A DNA stretch of 64,000 bases from Candidatus Latescibacterota bacterium (GTDB lineage Bacteria > Latescibacterota > UBA2968): positions 2,560,001-2,624,000 of the forward strand of contig OZ242195.1 in NCBI GenBank assembly GCA_965205975.1, in the 5' to 3' direction. Shown here piece by piece: positions 1 to 10,228 of this stretch. Numbering within the stretch: the stretch's first letter is position 1; every line of letters begins with the position of its first letter. The translations under genes and the position numbers were made by a program. The notes under the pieces were generated by a model. That model searched no databases. It was not told where the DNA came from and saw only the letters and a list, made by a program, of their open reading frames with translations.

Positions 1-2
1 CT

Positions 3-404
3 GATATGGCAAAAAAATACAACGAGGATGATGAAGTGATCAACGCAATTGAAGCCCATCACGGCGAGGCTGACCCGATCTCGCCAATTGCAGTGCTGGT
101 CGATGCCGCAGACGCCATTTCGAGGGTTCGTCCAGGCGCGAGGCGCGAGGTGCTGGAAAACTATGTGCGCCGATTGGAACATCTGGAGCAAACCGCTCGA
201 GAAATAGAGGGAGTAGATGCGGTTTACGCTATTCAAGCAGGTCAGGAGATTCGGGTAGTCGCCAACTATGGATTAATCAGCGATGAAGACACCGAGCGAC
301 TATCTGCACAAATTGCCGAACGGCTGGAAAAAACGATGACGTATCCGGGGCATATAAAAGTGACCGTGATTCGCGAGGTGCGCGCCGTTAATTTTGCGCG
401 ATAA
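3..404 (+). CDS. rny: Ribonuclease Y, C-terminal part (gene starts before the window)
   Basis: HD-domain tail AIEAHH...AADAIS..RPGARRE, YAIQAGQEIRV, YPGHIKVTVIRE; canonical rny-ymdB order. Confidence 0.95.
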   Translation, partial: DMAKKYNEDDEVINAIEAHHGEADPISPIAVLVDAADAISRVRPGARREVLENYVRRLEHLEQTAREIEGVDAVYAIQAGQEIRVVANYGLISDEDTERLSAQIAERLEKTMTYPGHIKVTVIREVRAVNFAR

Positions 405-413
405 AAATAGCGG

Positions 414-1205
414 ATGAAAATTTTATTTGTAGGCGATGTTTATGGCAAGCCCGGACGACGGGCCGCCGCACATTTGATTCCTCAACTGATCGCACAGCAC
501 GCCATTGATTTCTGCGTTGTCAATGGCGAAAATTCTGCTGGCGGTTTTGGTATTACCGCAAAAATCGGACAAAAATTTCACACTTACGGTGCCGATGTAA
601 TTACCATGGGCGATCACGTCTGGGACCAGAAAGATTCGGTTGATTATATCCAAAAAGGCGACCGGATTTTGCGTGCAGCCAACTTCCCCAAAGAGGTTGG
701 AGGTATTGGTGCAGCGGTTTTTTCAGCGCGCAATGGAACATCGGTTGCAGTGCTCAGCCTGCTTGGGCGAACATATATGAAAATGGCGCTGGACTGTCCC
801 TTTAGAACAGGGCAATGCGCCGTGGAAAAATTACAGAAGAAAACGCCCATTATTCTCATCGACTTCCACGCCGAAGCGACCTCGGAAAAAATTGCTTTGG
901 GGCACTATATGGACGGCAAAGTCAGCGCAGTTTTGGGCACGCATACCCATGTTCAAACAGCCGATAATGAGATTTTGCCCGGCGGAACCGCGTATATGAC
1001 AGATGTCGGCATGACAGGGCCTCACGATTCGGTTATTGGCGCTAAAAAAGACCCTGCAATTTGCCGATTTATAAACCAGATGCCCGTGCGTTTTGAGCCA
1101 GCTACAGGCGATATAAAACTCTGCGGAGCGCTCATCGATGTAGATGAACGCTCTGGGCGTGCACAACACATCGAGCGACTACGCCTCAATTTAGAGGAGG
1201 GATAA
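414..1205 (+). CDS. ymdB: YmdB-family metallophosphoesterase (TIGR00282)
   Basis: GDVYGKPGR, NGENSAGGFG, DFHAEATSEK, GTHTHVQTAD, TDVGMTGP motifs. Confidence 0.95.
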   Translation: MKILFVGDVYGKPGRRAAAHLIPQLIAQHAIDFCVVNGENSAGGFGITAKIGQKFHTYGADVITMGDHVWDQKDSVDYIQKGDRILRAANFPKEVGGIGAAVFSARNGTSVAVLSLLGRTYMKMALDCPFRTGQCAVEKLQKKTPIILIDFHAEATSEKIALGHYMDGKVSAVLGTHTHVQTADNEILPGGTAYMTDVGMTGPHDSVIGAKKDPAICRFINQMPVRFEPATGDIKLCGALIDVDERSGRAQHIERLRLNLEEG

Positions 1206-1206
1206 G

Positions 1207-2397
1207 GTGGAACACCCGCTTTCCGTATCGGACGTCACACAAGCGGTCAAGCAAACCCTTGAAATGCAATTTCCGCCCATGTGGGTCGTCGGTGAGTTGA
1301 CCTCCTTTTCTCAGCCTTCATCTGGACACCGGTATTTCACGCTCTCAGACCCTCACAGCCAATTGCGCTGTGTGATGTGGCGCTCGCGTCCCATAACCGG
1401 ATTTCGTCCCACAGCGGGAATGGCCGTGTTGGCACAGGGACAGTTGACGGTATATGAACGGCGGGGCGAATATCAGTTCAATGTATCACAGCTATTTCCC
1501 GCAGGGGTGGGACAACAGCTAATCGCCTATGAAAAACTGAAAAAAAAATTATCAGAAGAAGGCTTTTTTGACGACGATCGAAAACGACTCCTGCCCAAAT
1601 ATCCGAGAGCCATTGGGGTTGTGACTTCGCAGACAGGTGCTGCTTTTCAAGATATTTTGGATGTATTAAAACGGCGGTTTCCCTCTGTTCGCATTGTTTT
1701 GCGTCCCGTGCTGGTACAGGGATTAGACGCGCCAGAAGATATTGCACAAGGCATTGCCGATCTCAATGACTTTGGCAAAGTAGATGTATTGATTGTCGGA
1801 CGAGGCGGCGGCTCAGCTGAGGATTTGGCAGCATTTAACGACGAGGAGGTCGTGCGGGCAATTGCGGATTCTGAGATTCCAGTTATTTCAGCCGTAGGAC
1901 ACGAGATCGACATCTCCTTATCGGATCTAACGGCTGACGTGCGCGCACCAACTCCTTCTGCTGCTGCAGAAATTGCCGTACGCGATGTTTTAGAAGTGCG
2001 CGAACAAGTCGGGCGGCTCACACTTCGCACGCGGGAGTTCATGCAGCAGTTGTTAGACGAGAATGAAGACCAGCTAAAAGCGTATGAAAGCAGTTATGGC
2101 ATGCGGCGGTTGTCCGATTTGATCTTTCAAAACGCGCAACACGTCGATGAATTAAACCGCGATTTATATGCGCTCCTGCGGCGGCTATTTGAAAGCCGAT
2201 TAGCCGACTATCACCGCATGACCGGCAAATTGGGATCGCTTAGTCCGTTGTCAGTACTCGAGCGGGGATTTGGCCTCGTACAACGCGAAGACGGTTCGGT
2301 CGTATCTGATGCAGGAATTTTGACACCCCGTGAACATCTACACATTCGGTTTGCAAAGGGTGAGGCAACCTGTAGGGTAGAAAAGATAAAAAGGTAA
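1207..2397 (+). CDS. xseA: Exodeoxyribonuclease VII large subunit
   Basis: SGHRYFTL OB-fold, GRGGGS.EDL..FNDE, SAVGHEID, APTPSAAAE, LSPLSVLERGF. Confidence 0.97.
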   Translation: MEHPLSVSDVTQAVKQTLEMQFPPMWVVGELTSFSQPSSGHRYFTLSDPHSQLRCVMWRSRPITGFRPTAGMAVLAQGQLTVYERRGEYQFNVSQLFPAGVGQQLIAYEKLKKKLSEEGFFDDDRKRLLPKYPRAIGVVTSQTGAAFQDILDVLKRRFPSVRIVLRPVLVQGLDAPEDIAQGIADLNDFGKVDVLIVGRGGGSAEDLAAFNDEEVVRAIADSEIPVISAVGHEIDISLSDLTADVRAPTPSAAAEIAVRDVLEVREQVGRLTLRTREFMQQLLDENEDQLKAYESSYGMRRLSDLIFQNAQHVDELNRDLYALLRRLFESRLADYHRMTGKLGSLSPLSVLERGFGLVQREDGSVVSDAGILTPREHLHIRFAKGEATCRVEKIKR

Positions 2398-2402
2398 CGT
2401 CA

Positions 2403-2663
2403 ATGCCAAAAAATAAAACAGAAGAGCCCACATTTGAAACAGCTTTGAAGCAATTAGAGACGGCTGTGGATCGTTTAGAAGAAGGTGCACTGCCCTTGTC
2501 AGAGGCACTAAAAGTGTTTGAAGAAGGTCTAAAAGCATCCAATCAATGCCGCAGTTTATTAGAAGATGCACGGCAACGGGTTGAAGTGTTGATACGCAAT
2601 AGCGATGGTGAATTTGAATTGGTATCCATAGATTCCAATGGCGAAGGATTTGCAGACAAATGA
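2403..2663 (+). CDS. xseB: Exodeoxyribonuclease VII small subunit
   Basis: TFETALKQLE..V.RLE.G.LPL.EAL..FEEG; follows xseA. Confidence 0.96.
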   Translation: MPKNKTEEPTFETALKQLETAVDRLEEGALPLSEALKVFEEGLKASNQCRSLLEDARQRVEVLIRNSDGEFELVSIDSNGEGFADK

Positions 2664-3520
2664 AGTCCATCGGTTTGTTTTCGAACCCGACCCAACCGGG
2701 CATGGGCGTTGCGGTCGATCAATTGGCCCAACGCATCCATCAAAGAGGCATTGGGGTACTGATCGCCGATAACTTGCGGCAAATTTGCACATCTGATTCC
2801 AAATGGTTTTGTCCAGTCGATCAGTTGCCCACACGCGCTGACATCATTGTGGCGATGGGCGGCGATGGCACCTTGTTGCGCGCAGCCGATGTGGTTTATC
2901 CGCACAGCACGCCGATTTTGGGCGTGAACCTGGGGCGGTTGGGGTTTTTGTCAGGCGCGGAACCCCGCGAACTGGACAATAGTCTGGATCGGTTGTTATG
3001 TGGCGATTATACTGTTGAAGAACGGATAGCACTGCACGCACAAACCCACACGCAAAAAGCATTTGCGCTCAATGAAGTTGTAATTGAACGCAGTGTCAAA
3101 GCGCGTCTGGTGCAGGTCGTAATGCTGGTTGAAGGTCGGCCAGTAAGCTCCTTTTACGGCAATGGATTAATTCTGGCAACGCCGACGGGATCCACGGGTT
3201 ACAGCCTGTCGTCTGGCGGCCCAATAGTACATCCAAATTTATCCGTGCTCGTCGCCACGCCTATATGTCCGCATTCGCTATCTCAGCGCCCAATGGTAAT
3301 GCCGGGCGATCAGTCGATAACGGTTAAGGTAATAGCTGATCAATCCGATGAAATCATGCTATCCACAGATGGACGCACTGTGTGTTCGCTTTCCCCTGAA
3401 GAACCCGTTACAGTACAACGAGCCTCCGAACCCGTGCGCTTTATCAATATGCAGGGGTTGACCTTTTACGATTTGTTGCAGCGCAAATTAGACTGGAGTC
3501 TGGATCGGCGAGACGAGTAA
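2660..3520 (+). CDS. nadK: NAD kinase
   Basis: GGDGTLL, GVNLGRLGFL, NE, ATPTGSTGYSLSSGGP, TPICPHSL. Confidence 0.96.
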   Translation: MKSIGLFSNPTQPGMGVAVDQLAQRIHQRGIGVLIADNLRQICTSDSKWFCPVDQLPTRADIIVAMGGDGTLLRAADVVYPHSTPILGVNLGRLGFLSGAEPRELDNSLDRLLCGDYTVEERIALHAQTHTQKAFALNEVVIERSVKARLVQVVMLVEGRPVSSFYGNGLILATPTGSTGYSLSSGGPIVHPNLSVLVATPICPHSLSQRPMVMPGDQSITVKVIADQSDEIMLSTDGRTVCSLSPEEPVTVQRASEPVRFINMQGLTFYDLLQRKLDWSLDRRDE

Positions 3521-3532
3521 AGGAGTTGCCCC

Positions 3533-5236
3533 TTGTTGTCTCAATTGCATGTGATAAATTATGCCCTGATCGACGACATGGAAGTCGAGTTTGGTAAAGG
3601 GTTAAATATCATTACAGGTGAAACCGGCGCTGGTAAGTCCATTCTGGTCGGGGCATTGGGCCTGATACTGGGTATGCGAGCGAGCCCCGATGTGATCCGC
3701 ACAGGCGCAAAAAAATGCACAGTAGAAACCATTTTTGAACTCTATCTTCAACACCCGGCGCTCAAACTCCTGAATGACATGGGCATTGAGACAGAAGATG
3801 GTGAGCTGATTTTGCGGCGGGATGTACTATTAGAAGGGCGCAGTCGGTGCTACGCCAATGGCCTGTCCATTCCCGTGCGTACACTTCGAGAATTGGGCCG
3901 TGCGCTGGTCGATTTGCACGGTCAACACGACCATCAATCGCTTCTAAATATCGATCAGCACCTGGACTTTTTGGACGGCTTTGGCGGCTTGCAAACAGCA
4001 CGCACACAGGTCGAAAAATCATATCATCAAGTGATGCAATTACAAAATCGGCTGATCGAAAAAACTGCCGTTGCCCAGCGCCAGCGAGAAAGGCGCGAAC
4101 TGTTGAATTTTCAGATCAAAGAAATCCATGCGGCAAAACCAGATCCCGGTGAAGACGAACGCCTACAACGCGAACAGTCCGTGCTTTTGCATGCTGAACG
4201 ACTACTCGAGATCGCCTATCAGATCGAACAGGTGCTTTATGAAGGTGAACAATCCGTGGCCGATCAACTCGGCGAAGGCGCGCACCTCCTGAATGAAGCC
4301 GCACAAATGGACAGCAGTTTGGAGTCGATAGCCGAAGAACTCAATGGTCTGAGGTACGGTGCAGAGGAACTGGCCCGCGCCTTTGGCGATTATGCCAATC
4401 GCGTAGAACACAATCCTCAACGCCTATCAGAAGTAACAGAGCGATTAGAAACGCTGAACGCGCTGAAAAAAAAATACGGCGGCGATCTGGCAAGTGTGCT
4501 TTCCTATGAAAAAAAAGCCCAAAAAGAACTGGAATTGACCGACGAACTCGAAGTATCTATAAAAAAAATCCAAATTAAAATTGACGATGCGATACAGAAT
4601 TTCGCACATTGTTGTGAGAAATTGTCAAAAGGAAGACACAAAGCCGCTGGCAAATTGTCAAAAGCGATATGCCGCGCATTGCGCGAACTGGGCATGCCCG
4701 ATGTGCAATTTGACGTCCAATTGGATCGGCGGCCAGATCCCGAAGGCCTGATTGAATGCGATGGTCAGCGATTTGAAGCGGGACCACAAGGCATAGAGCG
4801 CGGCGAATTTTTTATTTCGACCAACCCGGGCGAAGCCATCCGTCCGCTGGTAAAAGTAGCGTCGGGCGGTGAAATTTCACGTATTATGCTCGCGATGAAA
4901 ACCGTGCTGGCGCATACCGATTCGGTGCAGGTGTTAATTTTTGACGAAATCGACATCGGAATTTCTGGACGCATTGCAGAGGTTGTAGGCAAAAAATTGC
5001 GCGACCTATCAGAAACGTATCAAACCATTTCAATTACGCATTTGCCACAAATTGCAAAAATGGCTGATCGGCATTTTTCAGTCAGAAAAGAAGTGGTTGA
5101 TCAGCGTGCAGTAACCCGCGTAATTCCGCTAAACGAAGAGACACGCGCCGACGAACTCGCTTTGATGATGGGTGGTGAAGAGATTTCTGAACTGACCATG
5201 CAACACGCCCGCGAGATGCTGGCTGAAAAGCCATAA
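3533..5236 (+). CDS. recN: DNA repair protein RecN
   Basis: TGETGAGKS Walker A, LHGQHDHQ, ASGGEISR signature, FDEID, ITHLPQIA. Confidence 0.97.
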   Translation: MLSQLHVINYALIDDMEVEFGKGLNIITGETGAGKSILVGALGLILGMRASPDVIRTGAKKCTVETIFELYLQHPALKLLNDMGIETEDGELILRRDVLLEGRSRCYANGLSIPVRTLRELGRALVDLHGQHDHQSLLNIDQHLDFLDGFGGLQTARTQVEKSYHQVMQLQNRLIEKTAVAQRQRERRELLNFQIKEIHAAKPDPGEDERLQREQSVLLHAERLLEIAYQIEQVLYEGEQSVADQLGEGAHLLNEAAQMDSSLESIAEELNGLRYGAEELARAFGDYANRVEHNPQRLSEVTERLETLNALKKKYGGDLASVLSYEKKAQKELELTDELEVSIKKIQIKIDDAIQNFAHCCEKLSKGRHKAAGKLSKAICRALRELGMPDVQFDVQLDRRPDPEGLIECDGQRFEAGPQGIERGEFFISTNPGEAIRPLVKVASGGEISRIMLAMKTVLAHTDSVQVLIFDEIDIGISGRIAEVVGKKLRDLSETYQTISITHLPQIAKMADRHFSVRKEVVDQRAVTRVIPLNEETRADELALMMGGEEISELTMQHAREMLAEKP

Positions 5237-5256
5237 TAAAGAATGAGGAGCATAGT

Positions 5257-6405
5257 GTGAGACCGATAATTCCCGACGATCTCCGAGACATCGAAGAAAA
5301 AGTAAACCTGGGGCAACGACTTTCTGCCGAAGATGGCATGCGGCTTTACGAGACGCCCGACCTCAATGCCGTAGGATATTTGGCCAATATCTCGCGCGAA
5401 CGCCTGTGCGGCAATGTGGCGTGGTACGTGCGGAACCAGCACATCAACTATACCAACGTCTGCAACAAACTGTGCCGATTTTGCTCTTTTTATGTAAAAC
5501 CAAAAGACGAGCGGGGCTATGTATTATCGCCCGAAGATATTCAAAAGCGCGTATTGGAATACATCGACCTGCCCATTTCTGAAATCCACATGGTCGCGGG
5601 CATCAATCCCAAACTTCCCTATTCGTATTATCTCGATATCGTGCGCGCTGTCAAAGATATGCGCCCCGATGTCGCGGTAAAAGCATTTACCGCAATCGAA
5701 TGGGTGCAAATTGCGCGTATTGCAAAAAAGCCACTAAAGGATGTCATGACCGAATTAAAAGCGGCTGGCGTATCGTCCATTCCCGGCGGGGGCGCAGAAG
5801 TATTTAGCGATCGCGTCCAGGAAGATTTATTCTGGACCAAAGCGGATTCCGAAGAATGGCTCGAAGTGGCGCGCACGGCACATGAAGTCGGCCTGCCTAC
5901 CAATGCGACAATGCTGTATGGTCATATCGAAAACCCAAAAGAACGCATCGATCATCTCGTGCGATTGCGCGAATTACAGGACGAAACCGGCGGTTTTTTG
6001 ACGTATATCCCCCTGTCATTTCATCCCGAACGCACAGAATTAGAGCATTTACCCGGCCCGACAGGTATCGCGGATTTAAGAGAAATTGCCGTGGGGCGAT
6101 TGATGCTGGACAACTTCCTCCACATCAAAACATTCTGGATTATGAACACCATTGAAATTTCACAGGTGGCTTTGTGGTACGGCGCAGACGATATCGACGG
6201 CACAATACAGGAATACGAAATCACGCGCCGTTCATATTCAGAGACGCGACAGGTGCTCACCCGCAAGCAACTGGTCGAACGCGTTATAGAGTCCGGACGC
6301 GATCCCGTCGAACGAGATAACCTATACAATATTTTATCGACCGAGCGAGAAATTTTAGAAGAAACACCTATAGGAATCCCGGGTGAAATACCGGTGATTT
6401 CGTAA
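5257..6405 (+). CDS. mqnE: Aminofutalosine synthase (radical SAM, CofH/MqnE family)
   Basis: HINYTNVC...C..C, KAFTA.E, PGGGAE, NATMLYGHIE, YGADDIDGT; next to mqnC/mqnA. Confidence 0.88.
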   Translation: MRPIIPDDLRDIEEKVNLGQRLSAEDGMRLYETPDLNAVGYLANISRERLCGNVAWYVRNQHINYTNVCNKLCRFCSFYVKPKDERGYVLSPEDIQKRVLEYIDLPISEIHMVAGINPKLPYSYYLDIVRAVKDMRPDVAVKAFTAIEWVQIARIAKKPLKDVMTELKAAGVSSIPGGGAEVFSDRVQEDLFWTKADSEEWLEVARTAHEVGLPTNATMLYGHIENPKERIDHLVRLRELQDETGGFLTYIPLSFHPERTELEHLPGPTGIADLREIAVGRLMLDNFLHIKTFWIMNTIEISQVALWYGADDIDGTIQEYEITRRSYSETRQVLTRKQLVERVIESGRDPVERDNLYNILSTEREILEETPIGIPGEIPVIS

Positions 6406-6430
6406 ACTTCCCTATATCCCAGGATTCGAC

Positions 6431-7531
6431 ATGATCGACGACATTGTTGAAAAAGTATATAGCGACGAGCGCATTTCCACAGATGACGCCATGCGTTTGT
6501 TTGCACATCCCAATGTAACCGAATTGGGCTTGTTAGCCGATGTAGTGCGGCGGCGCAAATGGCCCGAAGACACGGTAACTTATAATATCGGGCGAAATAT
6601 CAATTACACGAACGTGTGCTGGGTAAGATGCGATTTCTGTGCATTTTATCGCCCGCCGGGATCCGACGAAGGCTATACATTGCCCAGAGAACAGATCTAT
6701 GAAAAAATTGACGAACTCATTGCCGTGGGCGGTGACGTGTCAAAAGGCAGCGAGATTTTGATGCAAGGGGGATTGAACCCAAAACTGCGCGTAGATTACT
6801 ACGAAGACCTCTTTTCCTCAATACGCAATCGCTACCCGCAAATCCATCAGCATTGTTTATCTGCCACAGAAATTATTTATATCGCGCATATCTCGCGTAT
6901 GTCACTCGAAAAATGCATTCGCTGCTTGCGCGATGCCGGTCTGGATTCTATTCCGGGAGCTGGCGCGGAAATTTTGTCGGACGAGGTGCGCGACATCATC
7001 GGCTTTCGCAAAGACCGCGTCCACGAATGGCTTGCGGTACATCGCATTGCACACGAATTGGACATGCACACATCGGCGACCATGATGTATGGACATGTCG
7101 AAACCATTGAACAGCGAATAGAACATCTGGAACACATTCGCAATTTGCAGGATGAGACGGGCGGATTCACCGCATTTATCGCGTGGAATTTTCAGCCGGA
7201 TTACACCGCCCTTGCCAACGATCAAGGGCGATGGAATGGCATAAAAGCCACCGGATTTGACTATTTGCGAACCATCGCCATCGCGCGCCTATTTTTGGAC
7301 AATATCAAAAGTTTTCAAGCATCGTGGGTCACGCAGGGCGCCAAGGTCGCGCAGGTTAGCTTAAAATACGGCGTAAATGATTTTGGCAGCACAATGATGG
7401 AAGAAAACGTAGTCAGTGCAGCGGGCACGAGCCATACGGATACCATGACACTTCAAGAGATGCAACGGCTCATTCGGGATGCGGGATACGAGCCTGTAAG
7501 GCGAAATACGCGGTACGAGATTTTGAATTAG
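6431..7531 (+). CDS. mqnC: Cyclic dehypoxanthinyl futalosine synthase (radical SAM)
   Basis: RNINYTNVC...CDFCAFYR, LMQGG.NP, SIPGAGAEIL, QASWVTQG, NDFGSTMMEENVV. Confidence 0.92.
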   Translation: MIDDIVEKVYSDERISTDDAMRLFAHPNVTELGLLADVVRRRKWPEDTVTYNIGRNINYTNVCWVRCDFCAFYRPPGSDEGYTLPREQIYEKIDELIAVGGDVSKGSEILMQGGLNPKLRVDYYEDLFSSIRNRYPQIHQHCLSATEIIYIAHISRMSLEKCIRCLRDAGLDSIPGAGAEILSDEVRDIIGFRKDRVHEWLAVHRIAHELDMHTSATMMYGHVETIEQRIEHLEHIRNLQDETGGFTAFIAWNFQPDYTALANDQGRWNGIKATGFDYLRTIAIARLFLDNIKSFQASWVTQGAKVAQVSLKYGVNDFGSTMMEENVVSAAGTSHTDTMTLQEMQRLIRDAGYEPVRRNTRYEILN

Positions 7532-7543
7532 GGGTACGTAACG

Positions 7544-8341
7544 ATGCGTGTGCGTTTGGGCGTGGTGTCATATTTAAACTCGCGGCCACTGGTTGAAGTG
7601 CTGCGCACGGGTGCGATCGATCGCGATTTTGAACTGATCTACGGCGTACCCTCGCGATGCGCCGAACGGTTGCACACGGGCGAAACCGATGTGGCCTTAA
7701 TCCCCGCTGTAGAAATTGGACGCGGACGTGATGCCTATCGGATTGTGCCCAATATCGGCATTATTTCAAACGGGCCTGTTGGCAGTGTATTTATCGTACT
7801 AAACAAAGAACCCGAAGAAATTCAAACACTGGCTCTGGATCGCGGATCGCGCACATCAGTCGTACTGGCGCAGATAGTAATGGCGCGGCAATTTGGCTGC
7901 CGACCACAGGTATTTTTTCATTCCCCAGATATAGACGCAATGCTCAAACGCGCCGATGCCGCCCTGTTGATTGGCGATCCCGCGCTGGCATTGCCCCGCA
8001 AGCACTATCGAATCCTGGATCTGGGCGAAATTTGGACGCAGATGACAGGGTTGCCTTTTGTCTATGCCTGCTGGACCGGACGCCCCGATGCATTGACGCC
8101 ATATCACATTGACAAACTGATCGAGGCCAGGGAAAAAAGCAAGTCGCTTATCCCCAGCATCGCAAAGGACTATGCCGCTGAAACCCGCACCCTATCGCCC
8201 GCATTTTATGCTGAATATCTAACCAGAAATATCCTCTACGATCTGGGCGATTCAGAACTGGAAGGCTTGAGGCGATTCTATGCTTATGGTGCAGAACTGG
8301 AATTGATGGACACAGTGCCAGATATCCGCTTTTATGTTTGA
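7544..8341 (+). CDS. mqnA: Chorismate dehydratase (futalosine pathway)
   Basis: VSYLNSRPL, G.V.SV, SRTS..LA, LLIGD.AL, DLGE.W...TGLPFVYA.W. Confidence 0.92.
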   Translation: MRVRLGVVSYLNSRPLVEVLRTGAIDRDFELIYGVPSRCAERLHTGETDVALIPAVEIGRGRDAYRIVPNIGIISNGPVGSVFIVLNKEPEEIQTLALDRGSRTSVVLAQIVMARQFGCRPQVFFHSPDIDAMLKRADAALLIGDPALALPRKHYRILDLGEIWTQMTGLPFVYACWTGRPDALTPYHIDKLIEAREKSKSLIPSIAKDYAAETRTLSPAFYAEYLTRNILYDLGDSELEGLRRFYAYGAELELMDTVPDIRFYV

Positions 8342-8345
8342 ATTT

Positions 8346-8376
8346 AAAAAAATCGGCGATAGGCCGGTTTTTTTTA
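8346..8376. terminator. Probable intrinsic terminator after mqnA
   Basis: AAAAAAATCGGC-GATAG-GCCGGTTTTTTT hairpin with T-tract. Confidence 0.6.
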
Positions 8377-8397
8377 TCGAAAACTGGAGAACTTGTA

Positions 8398-9648
8398 ATG
8401 CCCGAAAAAAACAACCCAATTCGCGTGGGCGTCGTTGGTGTGGGACGCGGGCGATCATTTATGCGGGCGGCAGCGCCGACGGGAATGGAACTCGTAGCAA
8501 TTTGCGATACCTGGGAAGAGCGACTAAGACCCGAAGGCAAAGCACTCGGTATATCGACATATGGAGATTACCAGGCATTTTTGGAACACGATATGGATGC
8601 CGTGGTACTCGCCAATTATTTTCACGAACACGCGCCCTTTGCCGTTGAAGCACTGAACGCAGGAAAACACGTCATGAGCGAAACCGCTGCCTGCCATACA
8701 TTGGGCGAAGGCGTCGCACTTGCGCGGGCGGTAGAGCGCAGTGGTAAAATTTATATGTTTGCCGAAAATTACCCCTACACGGCGTACAATCAGGAAATGA
8801 GGCGGCTCTACCAGAAAGGACACGTAGGGGAATTTAAATACGGAGAAGGCGAATACGTACATCCCGATCCACCAGAAGTAAAATTGGGGCGCAGTTGTGG
8901 GCGCAATCACTGGCGCAACTGGATTCCCTCGACCTATTATTGCACGCATTCGATTGCACCGGTAATGTACATCACAGATACGCGCCCCGTAAAAGTAAAC
9001 GGATTTGTCATACCCTACGATTTTGGCGACATGACCAAAACTCTACACATGAACCGCGCGGATACGGCAGGCGTGATCATCTGTCGGATGGACAATGACG
9101 CCGTCATGAAATCCCTGCACGGCGCATTGCGCGGGCACGGCAATTACGTCAGAATCCACGGCAACAAGGGCGTGATGGAAAACTGTCGCAACGGCGATAA
9201 ATATCGGCTGCGCGTGTGGAAAGAGCCGTGGGAAAAGCCAAAAGGAGAACCCGTAGAAACCGTTTATAGACCAGATTTTCCAGTACATCACGACCGCGCA
9301 ACACAGGCCGGACACGGTGGCGGCGACTTCTTCACGAGTTATCATTTCGCCGAAGCGATTCGCACGGGCGAACAACCCTACCTCGATGTGTATCGCGGCA
9401 TCGACATGAGTATTGCGGGCATTCAAGCGTGGCGATCAGCACTCAGTGATTCGGCACCGATGGAAGTGCCCGATTTTCGCAATGAATCCATAAGAAAAAA
9501 ATACGAACGAGATGATTGGTCGCCCGATCCCACACGCAAAAAACTGGGACAACCACCGAGCAGTATTCTCGGCGAAATCGAACCATCCGATGGCGCCAAA
9601 GCACTGGCAAAAAAAGTCTGGGCAAGCAGGGGATACTTTGGAGAGTGA
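8398..9648 (+). CDS. Gfo/Idh/MocA family oxidoreductase
   Basis: VGVVGVGRG Rossmann start, GKHVMSE, AENY, GEYVH, YYCTHS, GHGGGD; start placed at ATG 8398 after GGAG. Confidence 0.88.
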   Translation: MPEKNNPIRVGVVGVGRGRSFMRAAAPTGMELVAICDTWEERLRPEGKALGISTYGDYQAFLEHDMDAVVLANYFHEHAPFAVEALNAGKHVMSETAACHTLGEGVALARAVERSGKIYMFAENYPYTAYNQEMRRLYQKGHVGEFKYGEGEYVHPDPPEVKLGRSCGRNHWRNWIPSTYYCTHSIAPVMYITDTRPVKVNGFVIPYDFGDMTKTLHMNRADTAGVIICRMDNDAVMKSLHGALRGHGNYVRIHGNKGVMENCRNGDKYRLRVWKEPWEKPKGEPVETVYRPDFPVHHDRATQAGHGGGDFFTSYHFAEAIRTGEQPYLDVYRGIDMSIAGIQAWRSALSDSAPMEVPDFRNESIRKKYERDDWSPDPTRKKLGQPPSSILGEIEPSDGAKALAKKVWASRGYFGE

Positions 9649-9658
9649 GGATCTAACC

Positions 9659-10051
9659 ATGATTGAAATAGCACAAGTAGCACTGGCGATTTACGGCATA
9701 TTGTTAATTGTCGGAGGAATTATTGGGAAGACGAAAACCGGGAGTTCTGCATCCTTATTCGCAGGCGCAATCTGCGGTATTGTTGCGCTCGTTGGATACT
9801 GGCAAAGCCTGAGCGATCCCGCCGTTGGGTTTTTGACCGGCGGATTGGTCGGCTTGTTGCTCACGGGCATATTTATGAGCCGATTTGTCCGCACGCGAAA
9901 ATTTATGCCCGCGGGATTGGTGCTGCTACTCAGTCTTCTGGTGGGTATTTTGACAATGATGGCGAGACAGGAATACCTGCTCAATCAGGACAAACCAGTG
10001 GAAGAACTGACAAAAAAGGGCCAGGAACAATGTCCCTGGCCCAACGTCTGA
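9659..10051 (+). CDS. TMEM14-family small membrane protein
   Basis: YGILLIVGG..G..K.GS..SL.AG and RF.RTRKFMPAGL motifs; ATG 9659 after GAGG. Confidence 0.85.
   Translation: MIEIAQVALAIYGILLIVGGIIGKTKTGSSASLFAGAICGIVALVGYWQSLSDPAVGFLTGGLVGLLLTGIFMSRFVRTRKFMPAGLVLLLSLLVGILTMMARQEYLLNQDKPVEELTKKGQEQCPWPNV
10012..10042 (-). terminator. Intrinsic terminator on the minus strand, inside the 3' end of the TMEM14 CDS
   Basis: Minus strand GGGCCAGGGACA-T-TGTTCCTGGCCC-TTTTTT. Confidence 0.75.
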
Positions 10052-10069
10052 AGGGTCACAGCCTGAAAA

Positions 10070-10102
10070 TCAGGCGTTCACCTCCGAGTTAAAATGTTTC
10101 AC
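10070..10102 (-). CDS. Putative 10-aa micro-ORF MKHFNSEVNA (GTG start) within a structured small transcript
   Basis: Strong SD GAAAGGAGGT directly upstream; followed by hairpins and a terminator. Confidence 0.45.
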   Translation of the reverse strand: MKHFNSEVNA

Positions 10103-10206
10103 ATTAACCTCCTTTCGATATGCGCGATCCGCTTCCGGAAAGCGTTTTGCGCGGTGGATGCCAATATATCAGCAAACCGCACCAACCCGTTGGCCCGGTC
10201 ACATAA

Positions 10207-10228
10207 ACACCGGAATGGATGCAGTTTT
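10207..10228. promoter_or_regulatory. 22-bp motif, copy 1 (ACACCGGAATGGATGCAGTTTT)
   Basis: 20/22 identical to 10950-10971; about 105 nt upstream of the minus-strand micro-ORF. Confidence 0.6.

Noticed and set aside
5257..7531. Tandem radical SAM genes as a novel RiPP or F420 (cofG/cofH) locus
   Set aside because: Motifs and adjacency to mqnA identify ordinary futalosine-pathway mqnE and mqnC.
10070..10072. Micro-ORF TGA followed by a hairpin as a Sec codon
   Set aside because: The UGA is inside the stem, no redox motif results, and readthrough runs into the terminator.
10165..10195. Sigma54 promoter for the small RNA unit (TTGGTGCGGTTTGC on the minus strand)
   Set aside because: GG-to-GC spacing is 8 nt rather than the required 10.
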